A DNA stretch of 64,000 nt from Stenotrophomonas sp. (GTDB lineage Bacteria; Pseudomonadota; Gammaproteobacteria; Xanthomonadales; Xanthomonadaceae). Position 1 is the first letter of the stretch; every line of letters starts with the position of its first letter. Positions 46,297-55,451 of the stretch are shown piece after piece. The stretch covers positions 1,003-65,002 of the forward strand of contig NZ_DAMBEF010000016.1 in NCBI RefSeq assembly GCF_032061965.1. The letters are read 5' to 3'. The translations under genes and the position numbers were made by a program. The notes under the pieces were generated by a model. It ran no database searches. It saw nothing but the letters and a program-made list of their open reading frames with translations, and was not told the origin of the DNA.

Positions 46297-47547
46297 TCAC
46301 TTGGCGCTGCGCAATGCCTGTTGCAGGGCCTGCGGATCGCCATCGTTGGGCTGGGCCGGGATGCCGATCAGGCGGGTCAGCAAGGGGTAGACATCCACAT
46401 TGTCGAAGGCGCTGAGTTGCTTGCCCCGCGCAAAGGCCGGGCCGCGCGCCACGAACACCGCCTGCATCGACGGCAGGGCCGGGTCATAGCCATGCGAGCC
46501 GCGATCGCCTGGCGGGCGCTTGGCGATGTTGTCGCGGGTGATGGCATCCCAGCCTTCCTGCATCTGGCAGACGATGGCCGGCACACGCGGGTTGCTGCCA
46601 TAGTGCCAGCGCGGCGGCAGCTGAGCCTTGTTCCAGCACTGGTAATGCGGATGCTCGCCCAGCAGGGCGCGCTCGGCTTCGGCTTGCTTGCCGGGCAAGG
46701 GCGTGAAGCCCACCGACTGGCCGACGGACACCACCTTGGCGACATCCGGCGACACCATGTCCTCGATGGCGACCGCATTGCCGTCTTTCACCGTTGCCAT
46801 GCCGTGATCGGAAACCACGATCACATTGGTGCGATCAAGCAGCCCATCACGGCGCATGCCATCGATCAATTGGCCTACCGCTGCATCCACCTGCTGCACC
46901 GCTGCGGTGTACTCGGCCGAGTCCGGGCCGTGCGCATGACCGGCCTTGTCGACCTGCTCCATGTAGGTGGCGACGAAACGCGGCTTGATTGCGTCCGGCT
47001 CGCCATGCAGCCAGGCAAGTACCTGGTTCATGCGTTCGGGCAAGGGCACGCTTTCGTCATACATGCGCCACTGGTTGGCGTGCAGGCCACGTACCGGCGC
47101 CTCGCTGCCCGGCCAGGACCACGTGGCGCTCTTGAAGCCAGCCTTGCGTACGCTCACCCAGATCGGCTCGCCGCCGTCCCACCAGGCGGCGTTCTGCACG
47201 GCGGCACGGTCGCTGACCTTGAACTCGCCCAAGGCGTCGGCGCTCATGGCGTTGTGCACCAGGCCATGGTGGTCCGGGCGCAGACCGGTGACCAGGGTGT
47301 AGTGGTTGGGGAAGGTGAGCGCGGGGTAGGACGGGCGCATGCCGATGCTGCGTACGCCTTCGCGGGCCAGGCGCATCAGGTTGGGGCTGTCGGCCTGGCT
47401 GAGCTTGTCCGCGCGCAGGCCGTCGATGGAGATCATCAGTACCGTGGGCGGTACTTCCTGGGTAGTGGTTGGCGAGGAGGGCGTCGTGGCGCAGGCGGCA
47501 AGCAGTGCGCAGGCCAGTGCAGTGGCCGAAATGCGTAGGAAAGTCAT
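46297..47547 (-). CDS. nucleotide pyrophosphatase/phosphodiesterase (alkaline-phosphatase superfamily), lipoprotein
   Basis: ORF trimmed to ATG 47547 (MTFLRISATALACALLAACA). SIDGLRAD, FPNHYTLVTG, DKAGHAHGP and VVSDHGM motifs. Confidence 0.85.
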   Translation of the reverse strand: MTFLRISATALACALLAACATTPSSPTTTQEVPPTVLMISIDGLRADKLSQADSPNLMRLAREGVRSIGMRPSYPALTFPNHYTLVTGLRPDHHGLVHNAMSADALGEFKVSDRAAVQNAAWWDGGEPIWVSVRKAGFKSATWSWPGSEAPVRGLHANQWRMYDESVPLPERMNQVLAWLHGEPDAIKPRFVATYMEQVDKAGHAHGPDSAEYTAAVQQVDAAVGQLIDGMRRDGLLDRTNVIVVSDHGMATVKDGNAVAIEDMVSPDVAKVVSVGQSVGFTPLPGKQAEAERALLGEHPHYQCWNKAQLPPRWHYGSNPRVPAIVCQMQEGWDAITRDNIAKRPPGDRGSHGYDPALPSMQAVFVARGPAFARGKQLSAFDNVDVYPLLTRLIGIPAQPNDGDPQALQQALRSAK

Positions 47548-47661
47548 TGCGCCATGATAGGCCGCACCGGTGACCGTACAAATACAACCTTCGGCATGTT
47601 GCCCGGGGCTGATCGACCCAGTAGCCCGGTCAAGCAATGCGCAGACGGGAGGCTGGGCAGA

Positions 47662-48174
47662 TCAGCCAAACAGATCGGCTACCCGCTCACCTTCGGTAGG
47701 CACGCCTTCCAGCTTCAGCAACGCGGCCTTGGTCGGCAGCCCACCACCAAAACCGGTAAGCGTGCCGTTGTTGCCTATGACGCGGTGGCAGGGCAGCACG
47801 ATCGGCAGGGGATTGCGACCGTTGGCGGCGCCTACGGCACGCGTCGCGGTCGGCCGGCCGATGCGCTCGGCGAGCTGCCGGTAGCTCCAGGTCGCGCCGA
47901 ATGGAATCTGCGCCAGCGTGTGCCAGACCTGCAGCTGGAAATCAGTGCCGACCGGGGCCAGCTCAAGCTGGAAATCCTGGCGTTCGCCGCGCAGGTATTG
48001 CAGCAACTGGCGGCGGGGCTCGGCCACCGCATCGGGGTCACGTTGCCAGTGTTCGCGGCCCTTGGCGTCGTGGCGATTCTCGGCGAACAGGATGTGGCGC
48101 ACGCCGCTATCGTCGGCGGCCACGGTCAGCGTGCCGATGGGGCTGTCAAAGCGGTCGTAGTACAGGGTGTTCAT
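47662..48174 (-). CDS. ogt: methylated-DNA--protein-cysteine methyltransferase
   Basis: ORF trimmed to ATG 48174. Active site PCHRVIG. The start overlaps the upstream gene stop (ATGA). Confidence 0.9.
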   Translation of the reverse strand: MNTLYYDRFDSPIGTLTVAADDSGVRHILFAENRHDAKGREHWQRDPDAVAEPRRQLLQYLRGERQDFQLELAPVGTDFQLQVWHTLAQIPFGATWSYRQLAERIGRPTATRAVGAANGRNPLPIVLPCHRVIGNNGTLTGFGGGLPTKAALLKLEGVPTEGERVADLFG

Positions 48175-49661
48175 GCGCTGGCCTCCGTTGCAATCTTGGG
48201 GTTCTTCTTTTCCGCCGGCACTGCAAGGTGCCATAAGTGCAGCACGGCGTACGCGCGCCATGGGCGCCAGGCTTGTGAGCGACGCTCGGTCTCGCGCTCG
48301 CTCAGGCGCTGGCCTTGGCCCAGTACCTGTTGCAGGACCAGGTCACCGGCGGGGAAGGCATCGGGCATGCCCATCGCTCGCAAGGCCATGTAATGCGCCG
48401 TCCACGGGCCTATGCCGGGCAGGGCAGTGGCTTTTTGCACGAAGCTTTCCAGCGTCTGCGCACGGCTGAAATCCAATCGGTCATCGGCGCAGGCGCGGGC
48501 GATCGCACGTAGCGTTGCAGCACGGGTGCGTGGCAGACCGATACTTTCCAGAGGGGCCTCGGCCACGATTGCCGGTGCCGGGAACTGCCGGTCCAGGCCG
48601 TCCGGCAGGCCGGGCAGGTGCTCGCCAAAACGGTCAACCAGGCGTCGGGCCAAGGTGGTGGCGGCAGCGACGCTGACCTGCTGGCCGAGCACGGCGCGCG
48701 CGGCGACCTCGAAACCGTCCCAGCCGCCGGGGATGCGCAATCCCGGCCGTTGCTGGATGCCGGCAGCCAGCAGCGGCTCCGCCGCCAATGTGGCATGGAC
48801 GGTGCGGAGATCGGCGTCCAGGTCAAACACGCGCCGGACCTTGGCAACAATGCCGGGGATGGCGCGTGGGTCGGTAGTGCCCAGTTGCAGGCGCAGTTCC
48901 GGGCGTTTGGGGTCGGCGGTGACCCGGATCAGGCTGGCCACGCCGTTAGCCAGGACCACGCGCTGGTAGCTGCGTTCGTCGATGTATTCGATACCCGGCA
49001 GCGAGCGTCGGCGCAGGAAGGCCAGCATCAGGGGGAAATCCAGCGGTGGCCGGTAGGCCAGGCGCAGTACCGGTTCGCCGCCGGCTACCGCGCCGTGTTG
49101 CTTGCGCAGCGCGCTGGGGGGCATGCCACAGCCGTCCAGGAAGGCGCTGTTGAAACGGCGCAGGCTGTTGAAACCTGCTGCCAAGGCGATCTGGGTCACT
49201 GGCAGCGCGGTTTCAGTCAGCAGTTGCTTGGCCAGCAGCAGACGCCGGGTGGTGTGCAGTTGGGCCGGGGTGGCGCCCAGCCGGGCGACGAACAAGCGCT
49301 GCAGCTGGCGCGCGCTCAGTCCCACCGCGTCCGCGAGGGCGGTGACCGGTTGCTCCTGCAGCAGGCCTTCGTTGAGCAGGGCCAGCGCGCGGTGCAGGGT
49401 TTCGTCATGCAGCAGGTTGGCATCGTCCGGTGACAGCTCGGGCCGGCAGCGCAGGCACGGGCGGTAGCCCGCGGCGCTGGCGGCTGCTGCACTGGGGTAG
49501 TAGCTGACGTTTTCGGGCTTTGGCGGCGGTGCCGGGCAGACGGGGCGGCAGTAGATGCCGGTGCTGCGCACGGCGGTGAAGAACAGGCCGTCAAAGCGCG
49601 CGTCGCGGGCCAGGCGGGCCTGTTCGCATTGGGACTGTGCTGGCATCAGGAGGCTGTGCAT
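48171..49661 (-). CDS. Ada-type regulator fused to DNA-3-methyladenine glycosylase II (AdaA-AlkA)
   Basis: ORF trimmed to ATG 49661. N-terminal Ada zinc-binding segment (IYCRPVCPA...CLRCRP), AraC HTH, then AlkA_N and HhH-GPD-like C-terminus. Confidence 0.85.
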   Translation of the reverse strand: MHSLLMPAQSQCEQARLARDARFDGLFFTAVRSTGIYCRPVCPAPPPKPENVSYYPSAAAASAAGYRPCLRCRPELSPDDANLLHDETLHRALALLNEGLLQEQPVTALADAVGLSARQLQRLFVARLGATPAQLHTTRRLLLAKQLLTETALPVTQIALAAGFNSLRRFNSAFLDGCGMPPSALRKQHGAVAGGEPVLRLAYRPPLDFPLMLAFLRRRSLPGIEYIDERSYQRVVLANGVASLIRVTADPKRPELRLQLGTTDPRAIPGIVAKVRRVFDLDADLRTVHATLAAEPLLAAGIQQRPGLRIPGGWDGFEVAARAVLGQQVSVAAATTLARRLVDRFGEHLPGLPDGLDRQFPAPAIVAEAPLESIGLPRTRAATLRAIARACADDRLDFSRAQTLESFVQKATALPGIGPWTAHYMALRAMGMPDAFPAGDLVLQQVLGQGQRLSERETERRSQAWRPWRAYAVLHLWHLAVPAEKKNPKIATEASA

Positions 49662-49824
49662 GGTGCCAAGTCTAGGCCCGGTGCGGGGTGGGTACTGGCC
49701 ATTTTCGGACAGCAATGCTGATAACCAATGGTTAGTTCAGGAAAGGTTGCGATGCCATTGGTCCAGCGCACTAGACTGTGCATCTTTCCGGCGCTGCGCC
49801 GTTGCACGGACCTGATCTTTCTCC

Positions 49825-50967
49825 ATGTTGCCCAAGTTCTGGTGGTCGCCGTTGTTATGTGTCGGGCTGCTTGCCTGCAATCCACAGGAACAGACCAGCA
49901 AGCCGGCCGCCGATCCGGCCGTGGCGTTGGCGGCCGATGGCGACCACATGGTGTCGATCAATGTGATCGATGCGCCGGCACCGCCGCCGGTGCTGCCCGC
50001 CAAGGACAAGCCCTGGCCCGAGCTGGTGCTGGAGAACGGCAAGGCCTGGGTCAGTTGTGGCACCGATTACGCTGCTGAGAACGGCGACGGCGAAGAGCTG
50101 ACCACGCTGGACCGCGCCAGCCTGGATGCCGCGCTGGAGCCTTGCAAGGAGCGTGGCCTGGTTCGGGTGCGCTACGCCGGCAAGATCAACCCGTCCTTTG
50201 CGGCGCTGGTGTCGCGGCTGGGGGTGGTGGCCGATGCGATGAAGATCAGCAAGCGGATCCTGGATCTGGATTCCAGTGGCGGCCAGGTCGAAGCGGCGAT
50301 CGTGGCCGGTGATGACATCGGTGAATCCGGCTGGACCATCTGGGTGCGTGAAGGCTCGATCTGCCACAGCGCCTGCGTGTTCGTGCTGGCGGCCGGCGAC
50401 AACCGCTTGATCTCGGGCAAGGTTGGCATCCATCGGATGATGCGCATCAGTTCCACCGCCACCTCGCGCGCGGAGTTGAACAAGGAACTGCACGAGGTCT
50501 ACGACAACGTGAAGGACTACCTGCAGCGCAATGGCGTGGCGGTGGGTGTGGCTGATTTGATGATGACCGTGCCCAATCGCAGCTTGCGGGTGCTGACCAA
50601 TGACGAGTTGAAGCAGTACGGCCTGGACGGCACCAACGCCGTGCAGGACGATCTGGAGCGGATCAAGCAGATGCGCAAATGCGGCGATGATTTCGTGCGT
50701 CGCAAGGACGCCTTCCTGATCGCCTTCGACCGTGACTGCAAGGTGGAAGGGGCCGATCTGGAAGCGGTCAACAGCTGTGGCCAGGCCTTGAAGGAGCGAT
50801 TTGGCTTCCCGGACGAGACCTGCCCGGACGAAAGCCCGTTGTCCGAAATCGATACCGCCATGCTGGTGCCTGAGCCGTCTGCAACCGCCGGCAATGCGCC
50901 GGCTGCGGCACCGGCCGCTGCCGCCTCGACGGCCGCACAGCTGAATGCGCCAGCCGCCAAACATTGA
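49825..50967 (+). CDS. lipoprotein with ClpP-like (Ser/His) peptidase-type core and Ala/Pro-rich tail
   Basis: Lipobox LLAC. LDSSGGQVEAAIVAGDDI, ICHSACVFVLAAGD and KVGIHRM resemble the ClpP SPGG / AASMG / IHQP segments (my own by-eye alignment). Confidence 0.6.
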   Translation: MLPKFWWSPLLCVGLLACNPQEQTSKPAADPAVALAADGDHMVSINVIDAPAPPPVLPAKDKPWPELVLENGKAWVSCGTDYAAENGDGEELTTLDRASLDAALEPCKERGLVRVRYAGKINPSFAALVSRLGVVADAMKISKRILDLDSSGGQVEAAIVAGDDIGESGWTIWVREGSICHSACVFVLAAGDNRLISGKVGIHRMMRISSTATSRAELNKELHEVYDNVKDYLQRNGVAVGVADLMMTVPNRSLRVLTNDELKQYGLDGTNAVQDDLERIKQMRKCGDDFVRRKDAFLIAFDRDCKVEGADLEAVNSCGQALKERFGFPDETCPDESPLSEIDTAMLVPEPSATAGNAPAAAPAAAASTAAQLNAPAAKH

Positions 50968-51044
50968 TCGCGAGAGGTGATGCAATTCACGTAAATCCGT
51001 GATTGGATTGGGCTCCACCAACTGAAAGCGTCACGGAGTGAGTC

Positions 51045-51593
51045 ATGCGATCCAGTTGTCTGTTGCTGATGTTGTCCCTGGGCCTGCCTGCCGGTGCCGT
51101 GATGGCGCAGGCCACTGCGCAGCCTGCACCCGCGCCGGCGCCGGCGCCCGCTGCCGCGCCAGCGGCTGCCGCCCGTCCGGCGGCGCCAGCCCTGAGCGCC
51201 GCCCAGCAGGCGCAGGTTGCGCGTCAGGACGCAGAAATGACGGCGGCGGCGCAGCGCGTGGCGCAGCTGGTCGATGGCAACCAGGCGGCTTCGGTATGGG
51301 ACGGCGCATCGGCGGTGGCCCGCAAGGCCGTCACCCGTGACCAGTTCGCCAGCAACGTCAACGCCGATCGCGCCAAGCTCGGTGCGCTGGTGTCGCGTGG
51401 CAAACCTTCCATTACCCGTGTGCAGTACCCGGCGGGTGCGGCGGTGCCTGAAGGCATCTATCTGAACGTCAGTTTCCCCACCCGCTTCGCCAACAACGCC
51501 CAGCCGGTACGTGAGCTGGTTTCGTTCCGGCTGGATGAGGACAAGGTCTGGCGCGCCTCGGGCTACAGCCTGCGGGCGGCCGCCGGCAACTGA
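51045..51593 (+). CDS. DUF4019-like secreted protein
   Basis: Signal peptide, PA-rich linker, then VWDGASAVARKAVTRDQFASNV...VSFPTRF...VSFRLDEDKVWRASGY, as I remember for DUF4019. Confidence 0.7.
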   Translation: MRSSCLLLMLSLGLPAGAVMAQATAQPAPAPAPAPAAAPAAAARPAAPALSAAQQAQVARQDAEMTAAAQRVAQLVDGNQAASVWDGASAVARKAVTRDQFASNVNADRAKLGALVSRGKPSITRVQYPAGAAVPEGIYLNVSFPTRFANNAQPVRELVSFRLDEDKVWRASGYSLRAAAGN

Positions 51594-51614
51594 GCCCGCC
51601 CACGTACGGGAACG

Positions 51615-51641
51615 AAAGGCGCCGTCAGGCGCCTTTTTTTA
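51615..51641 (+). terminator. rho-independent terminator
   Basis: AGGCGCC-GTC-AGGCGCC followed by TTTTTTT. Confidence 0.8.
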
Positions 51642-51723
51642 TTTGCGCTGCGCCTGATCAGGATCAATGAAACCTTACTGGCGCCCCTCTACGCTGCCCG
51701 GCAACTGGCAGGAGTGAGCAGGC

Positions 51724-52902
51724 ATGCGCAAGGTTGATGTGGTGGTGGTTGGGGCGGGGCCGGCGGGGCTCAGTTTCGCCCGCAGTCTGGCTGACACGGG
51801 CTTGTCGCTGGCGCTGGTGGAACAGCAGCCGCGTGCCGCCTTGGCCGATCCTGCGTTTGACGGGCGCGAGATTGCCTTGACCCATGCCTCGCGCCAGATC
51901 ATGCAGGGCATCGGCTTGTGGCAGCAGTTGCCTGTGGCCGAGATTTCCTCGTTGCGCAGCGCCAGGGTCATGAATGGCAGTTCGCCCTTTGCGCTGGGCT
52001 TTGCCGCCGAGCGCGAGAACGTTGCCGAGTTGGGTTGGCTGGTGCCCAATCACCTTATCCGCCGTGCGGCCTGGGAAGCGGTGCAGGGGCAGGCCAATCT
52101 GGAGCTCATCGACGGTAGCAGCGTCACTGCCATCGAGGCGGGGGCGGCCTCCAGCGTGGTCACGCTGAGCGATGGGAGCTGCCTGCAGGCGCGGCTGGTG
52201 GCGGCGGCGGACAGCCGCTTCTCGGCCACCCGCCGCATGATGGGCATAGGCGCGCAGATGCGCGACTTCGGCAAGTCGATGCTGGTCTGCCGGATGCAGT
52301 GCGAGCACCCCCACAACAATGAGGCCTGGGAGTGGTTCGGCTACGGGCGCACGCTGGCGATGTTGCCCTTGCCCGGCAAGCAGGCGTCGGCGGTGATCAC
52401 CTTGCCGCCGCAGCAGGCGCAGGCATTGGCTGCGCTGGACGAGGCTGCGTTCGGGGACAAGGTCACGGCGATGTTCGAACGCCGCCTGGGGCAGATGCGG
52501 CCGGCCAGCAGCCGCCACGTCTATCCCCTGGTAGGCGTCTATGCCCATCGCTTCGTGGCCAGCCGCTATGCGCTGATCGGCGATGCCGCCGTAGGCATGC
52601 ACCCGGTCACCGCACATGGCTTCAACTTCGGCCTGCAGAGCCAGCAACGGTTGGCGCAACTGCTGCGCGAGGCCGCAGGCAAGGGCCTGGATATCGGCGG
52701 CGAGTCGTTGCTGGCGCGCTACCAGCGCGGTCACCGGCTGGCGACCCGGCCGTTGTATGAGGCCACCAACGCCATTGCCGCCCTGTACAACGATGGGCGC
52801 GGGCCGGCCCGCCTGCTACGGGACGCCGCGTTGCGCGTCGCCCAAAGCGTTGCCCCGTTCAGAAAAGTGATTGCGGGCCACCTGACCCAGGCCACGCCCT
52901 AG
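51724..52902 (+). CDS. UbiH/UbiF/UbiM-family FAD-dependent ubiquinone hydroxylase
   Basis: VVVVGAGPAGLSFA dinucleotide fold, DGxxS segment, GDAAVGMHPVTAHGFN motif. Confidence 0.85.
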   Translation: MRKVDVVVVGAGPAGLSFARSLADTGLSLALVEQQPRAALADPAFDGREIALTHASRQIMQGIGLWQQLPVAEISSLRSARVMNGSSPFALGFAAERENVAELGWLVPNHLIRRAAWEAVQGQANLELIDGSSVTAIEAGAASSVVTLSDGSCLQARLVAAADSRFSATRRMMGIGAQMRDFGKSMLVCRMQCEHPHNNEAWEWFGYGRTLAMLPLPGKQASAVITLPPQQAQALAALDEAAFGDKVTAMFERRLGQMRPASSRHVYPLVGVYAHRFVASRYALIGDAAVGMHPVTAHGFNFGLQSQQRLAQLLREAAGKGLDIGGESLLARYQRGHRLATRPLYEATNAIAALYNDGRGPARLLRDAALRVAQSVAPFRKVIAGHLTQATP

Positions 52903-52927
52903 CCGGCGTGGCGGGGGCCGAACCGGC

Positions 52928-53155
52928 TCAGGCGGCGGAGTCGGCCAGGACGCGGATGCGCACGTCGCCCAGTTCGACCTGCTGGCCGGCGCGGATTTTG
53001 CAGGCCTTGCGCAGTTCGACCTCGCCGTCGACCGTGACATGGCCCTCGCCAATGATCATCTTGGCCTCGCCGCCGCTGGAGACCAGGTCGGTCAGCTTCA
53101 GCAACTGCTTCAGTTCCACGTATTCGCGGTCCAACTCAAAATCGATGGTTTGCAT
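52928..53155 (-). CDS. ybcJ: S4-domain RNA-binding protein YbcJ family
   Basis: 75 aa; LKLTDLVSSGGEAKMIIGEGHVTVDGEVELRKACKIRAGQQV. Confidence 0.85.
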   Translation of the reverse strand: MQTIDFELDREYVELKQLLKLTDLVSSGGEAKMIIGEGHVTVDGEVELRKACKIRAGQQVELGDVRIRVLADSAA

Positions 53156-53351
53156 GGTGATTGCCGGTAAAAACGGGCACTATTGTGCGCCAAATGGTAG
53201 CTGCCCGGGGGGCAACAGGCTGCCCGGCGGAGCTGTTGCCGTGTTCGCCAGCTGAACGGAAAACACGCACCCCGCGACAGCAGGGGGCTTTAGAGCGCAC
53301 AATATCCGTCTTTTCGCCCGCCCGTTCGCGGCGGTGCCCCCGGAGTTACCC

Positions 53352-55286
53352 ATGTCCCAAGATACCCCCGCGCCGCTGCTGTTTGCAGATCTCGGCCTGT
53401 CCGAGCCTGTGATGAAGGCAGTGGCCGAAGTCGGTTACGAGACCCCGTCGCCGATCCAGGCTGCCACCATTCCGGCCATGCTGGAAGGTCGCGACGTGCT
53501 CGGCCAGGCGCAGACCGGCACCGGCAAGACCGGCGCCTTCGCGCTGCCGGTGCTGTCCAACATCAATCTTTCCGCCACCAAGCCGCAGGTGCTGGTGCTG
53601 GCGCCGACCCGCGAGCTGGCCATTCAGGTCGCCGAGGCGTTCCAGACCTATTCGGCCTCGATGCCGGGCTTCCGCGTGCTGCCGGTTTACGGTGGCCAGC
53701 CTTACGGCCAGCAGCTGTCGGCCCTGCGCCGTGGCGTGCACGTCGTGGTTGGCACCCCGGGCCGCGTGATCGATCACCTTGATCGCGGCACCCTGGACCT
53801 GTCCGAGCTGAAGACGCTGGTGCTGGACGAAGCCGACGAAATGCTGCGCATGGGCTTCATCGACGACGTTGAAGCCGTGCTCAAGAAGCTGCCGGAAAGC
53901 CGCCAGGTCGCGCTGTTCTCGGCCACCATGCCGCAGCAGATCCGCCGCATCGCGCAGACCTACCTGCGTGAGCCGGTGGAAGTGACCATTGCGTCCAAGA
54001 CCACCACCTCGGCCAATATCCGCCAGCGTTACTGGTGGGTGGCTGGCATGCACAAGCTGGACGCGCTGACCCGCATCCTGGAGGTGGAAACCTTCGATGC
54101 GATGATCATCTTCGCGCGTACCAAGGCTGGCACCGAAGAGCTGGCTGGCAAGCTGCAGGCGCGTGGCCTGGCCGCTGCCGCCATCAACGGCGACATGCAG
54201 CAGGCACAGCGCGAGCGCACCATTGCCCAGCTGAAGGACGGCAAGCTCGACATCCTGGTTGCCACCGACGTGGCCGCCCGTGGTCTGGACGTGGAGCGCA
54301 TCAGCCACGTGCTGAACTACGACATCCCGTACGACACCGAAAGCTATGTGCACCGCATTGGCCGCACCGGCCGTGCCGGCCGCAGCGGTGAGGCGATCCT
54401 GTTCGTCACCCCGCGCGAGAAGGGCATGCTGCGCCAGATTGAGCGCGCTACCCGCCAGCCGATCGAGGAAATGCAACTGCCGACCGTCGATGCGGTCAAT
54501 GATCACCGTGTCAGCAAGTTCATGGACCGTATCAGCCAGACCCTGGCTGCCGGCGACATGGATTTTTACCGCGATCTGCTGCAGCGCTACGAAGGCGAGA
54601 ACAACGTGCCGGCGATCGATATCGCTGCCGCGCTGGCCAAGCTGATGCAGGGTGATACCCCGTTCCTGCTGACCCCGCCGGTGCGTGAGCGCCGTGATGT
54701 GCCGGCAGCTGGGCGCAACGAGCGTCCGGCCCGTGACGGCGGCTTCCACCGTCGCGACGAGCGCGGTGAGCGTGGTGAGCGTCCGGCGCGCTTCGAGCCG
54801 CGCTTCGAGCGTGCCCCCCGTCACGACGATGGCGAGCGCGCACCGCGTCCGCCGCGTGGCGAAGGTGAGTTCGAGTCGCGCCCGCGTCGTGAAATGCCGC
54901 CGCGCAGCGCGCCGGAGTTCGGCATGGAGACCTACCGCATCGAAGTGGGCCACACCCATGGCGTGAAGCCGGCCAACATCGTCGGCGCCATCGCCAACGA
55001 AGCGGGCCTGGAAAGCCGCTATATCGGCCGCATCGACATCCATGATGGTCACTCGGTGCTGGATCTGCCGGCCGACATGCCCAGCGACGTGCTGCAGCAC
55101 CTGAAGAAGGTCTGGGTGTCGGGCCAGCAGTTGCAGATGCGCAAGGTCGAGGCAGGCGAGGACGTTGGCAGCAGCTCTGCGGCCCCGGCGTTCAAGCCGC
55201 GCTTCCAGAAAGGCCCCAAGCCGGCGGTCCGCCCCGGTGGCCCGCGCCGTGACGGCTTCAAGCCGCGCGGCCCGCGCAACGGCTGA
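53352..55286 (+). CDS. deaD: DEAD-box ATP-dependent RNA helicase DeaD/CsdA
   Basis: ATG 53352 follows GGAG. Q motif, AQTGTGKT, DEADEM, SAT, HRIGRTGRAG, DbpA-type RNA-binding domain and an Arg/Glu/Gly-rich tail. Confidence 0.95.
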   Translation: MSQDTPAPLLFADLGLSEPVMKAVAEVGYETPSPIQAATIPAMLEGRDVLGQAQTGTGKTGAFALPVLSNINLSATKPQVLVLAPTRELAIQVAEAFQTYSASMPGFRVLPVYGGQPYGQQLSALRRGVHVVVGTPGRVIDHLDRGTLDLSELKTLVLDEADEMLRMGFIDDVEAVLKKLPESRQVALFSATMPQQIRRIAQTYLREPVEVTIASKTTTSANIRQRYWWVAGMHKLDALTRILEVETFDAMIIFARTKAGTEELAGKLQARGLAAAAINGDMQQAQRERTIAQLKDGKLDILVATDVAARGLDVERISHVLNYDIPYDTESYVHRIGRTGRAGRSGEAILFVTPREKGMLRQIERATRQPIEEMQLPTVDAVNDHRVSKFMDRISQTLAAGDMDFYRDLLQRYEGENNVPAIDIAAALAKLMQGDTPFLLTPPVRERRDVPAAGRNERPARDGGFHRRDERGERGERPARFEPRFERAPRHDDGERAPRPPRGEGEFESRPRREMPPRSAPEFGMETYRIEVGHTHGVKPANIVGAIANEAGLESRYIGRIDIHDGHSVLDLPADMPSDVLQHLKKVWVSGQQLQMRKVEAGEDVGSSSAAPAFKPRFQKGPKPAVRPGGPRRDGFKPRGPRNG

Positions 55287-55304
55287 TCCAGCCCTTGCCA
55301 GAAC

Positions 55305-55332
55305 AAAGCCCCGGCTCTGCCGGGGCTTTTTT
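55305..55332 (+). terminator. rho-independent terminator after deaD
   Basis: GCCCCGGC-TCT-GCCGGGGC followed by TTTTTT. Confidence 0.85.
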
Positions 55333-55451
55333 GTCTGTTTGTTGTCCTTGGGTGACAGCAGGCCAATAAGCCGAAGCCGCGATGTGCTTCACATGTCCTA
55401 GTCCCTCGGTTGTTGCGATAATCCTCAAAGTCGCGTCGGGGACGCGAAGGG

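Noticed and set aside
47570-47587. Possible Pho box (TTGTATT-TGTA-CGGTCAC on the minus strand) upstream of the NPP/alkaline-phosphatase-family gene.
   Set aside because: It matches the CTGTCAT repeats at only 4/7 and 5/7 positions. It sits just 23-40 nt from the start codon, too close to serve as a -35 replacement unless the mRNA is leaderless.
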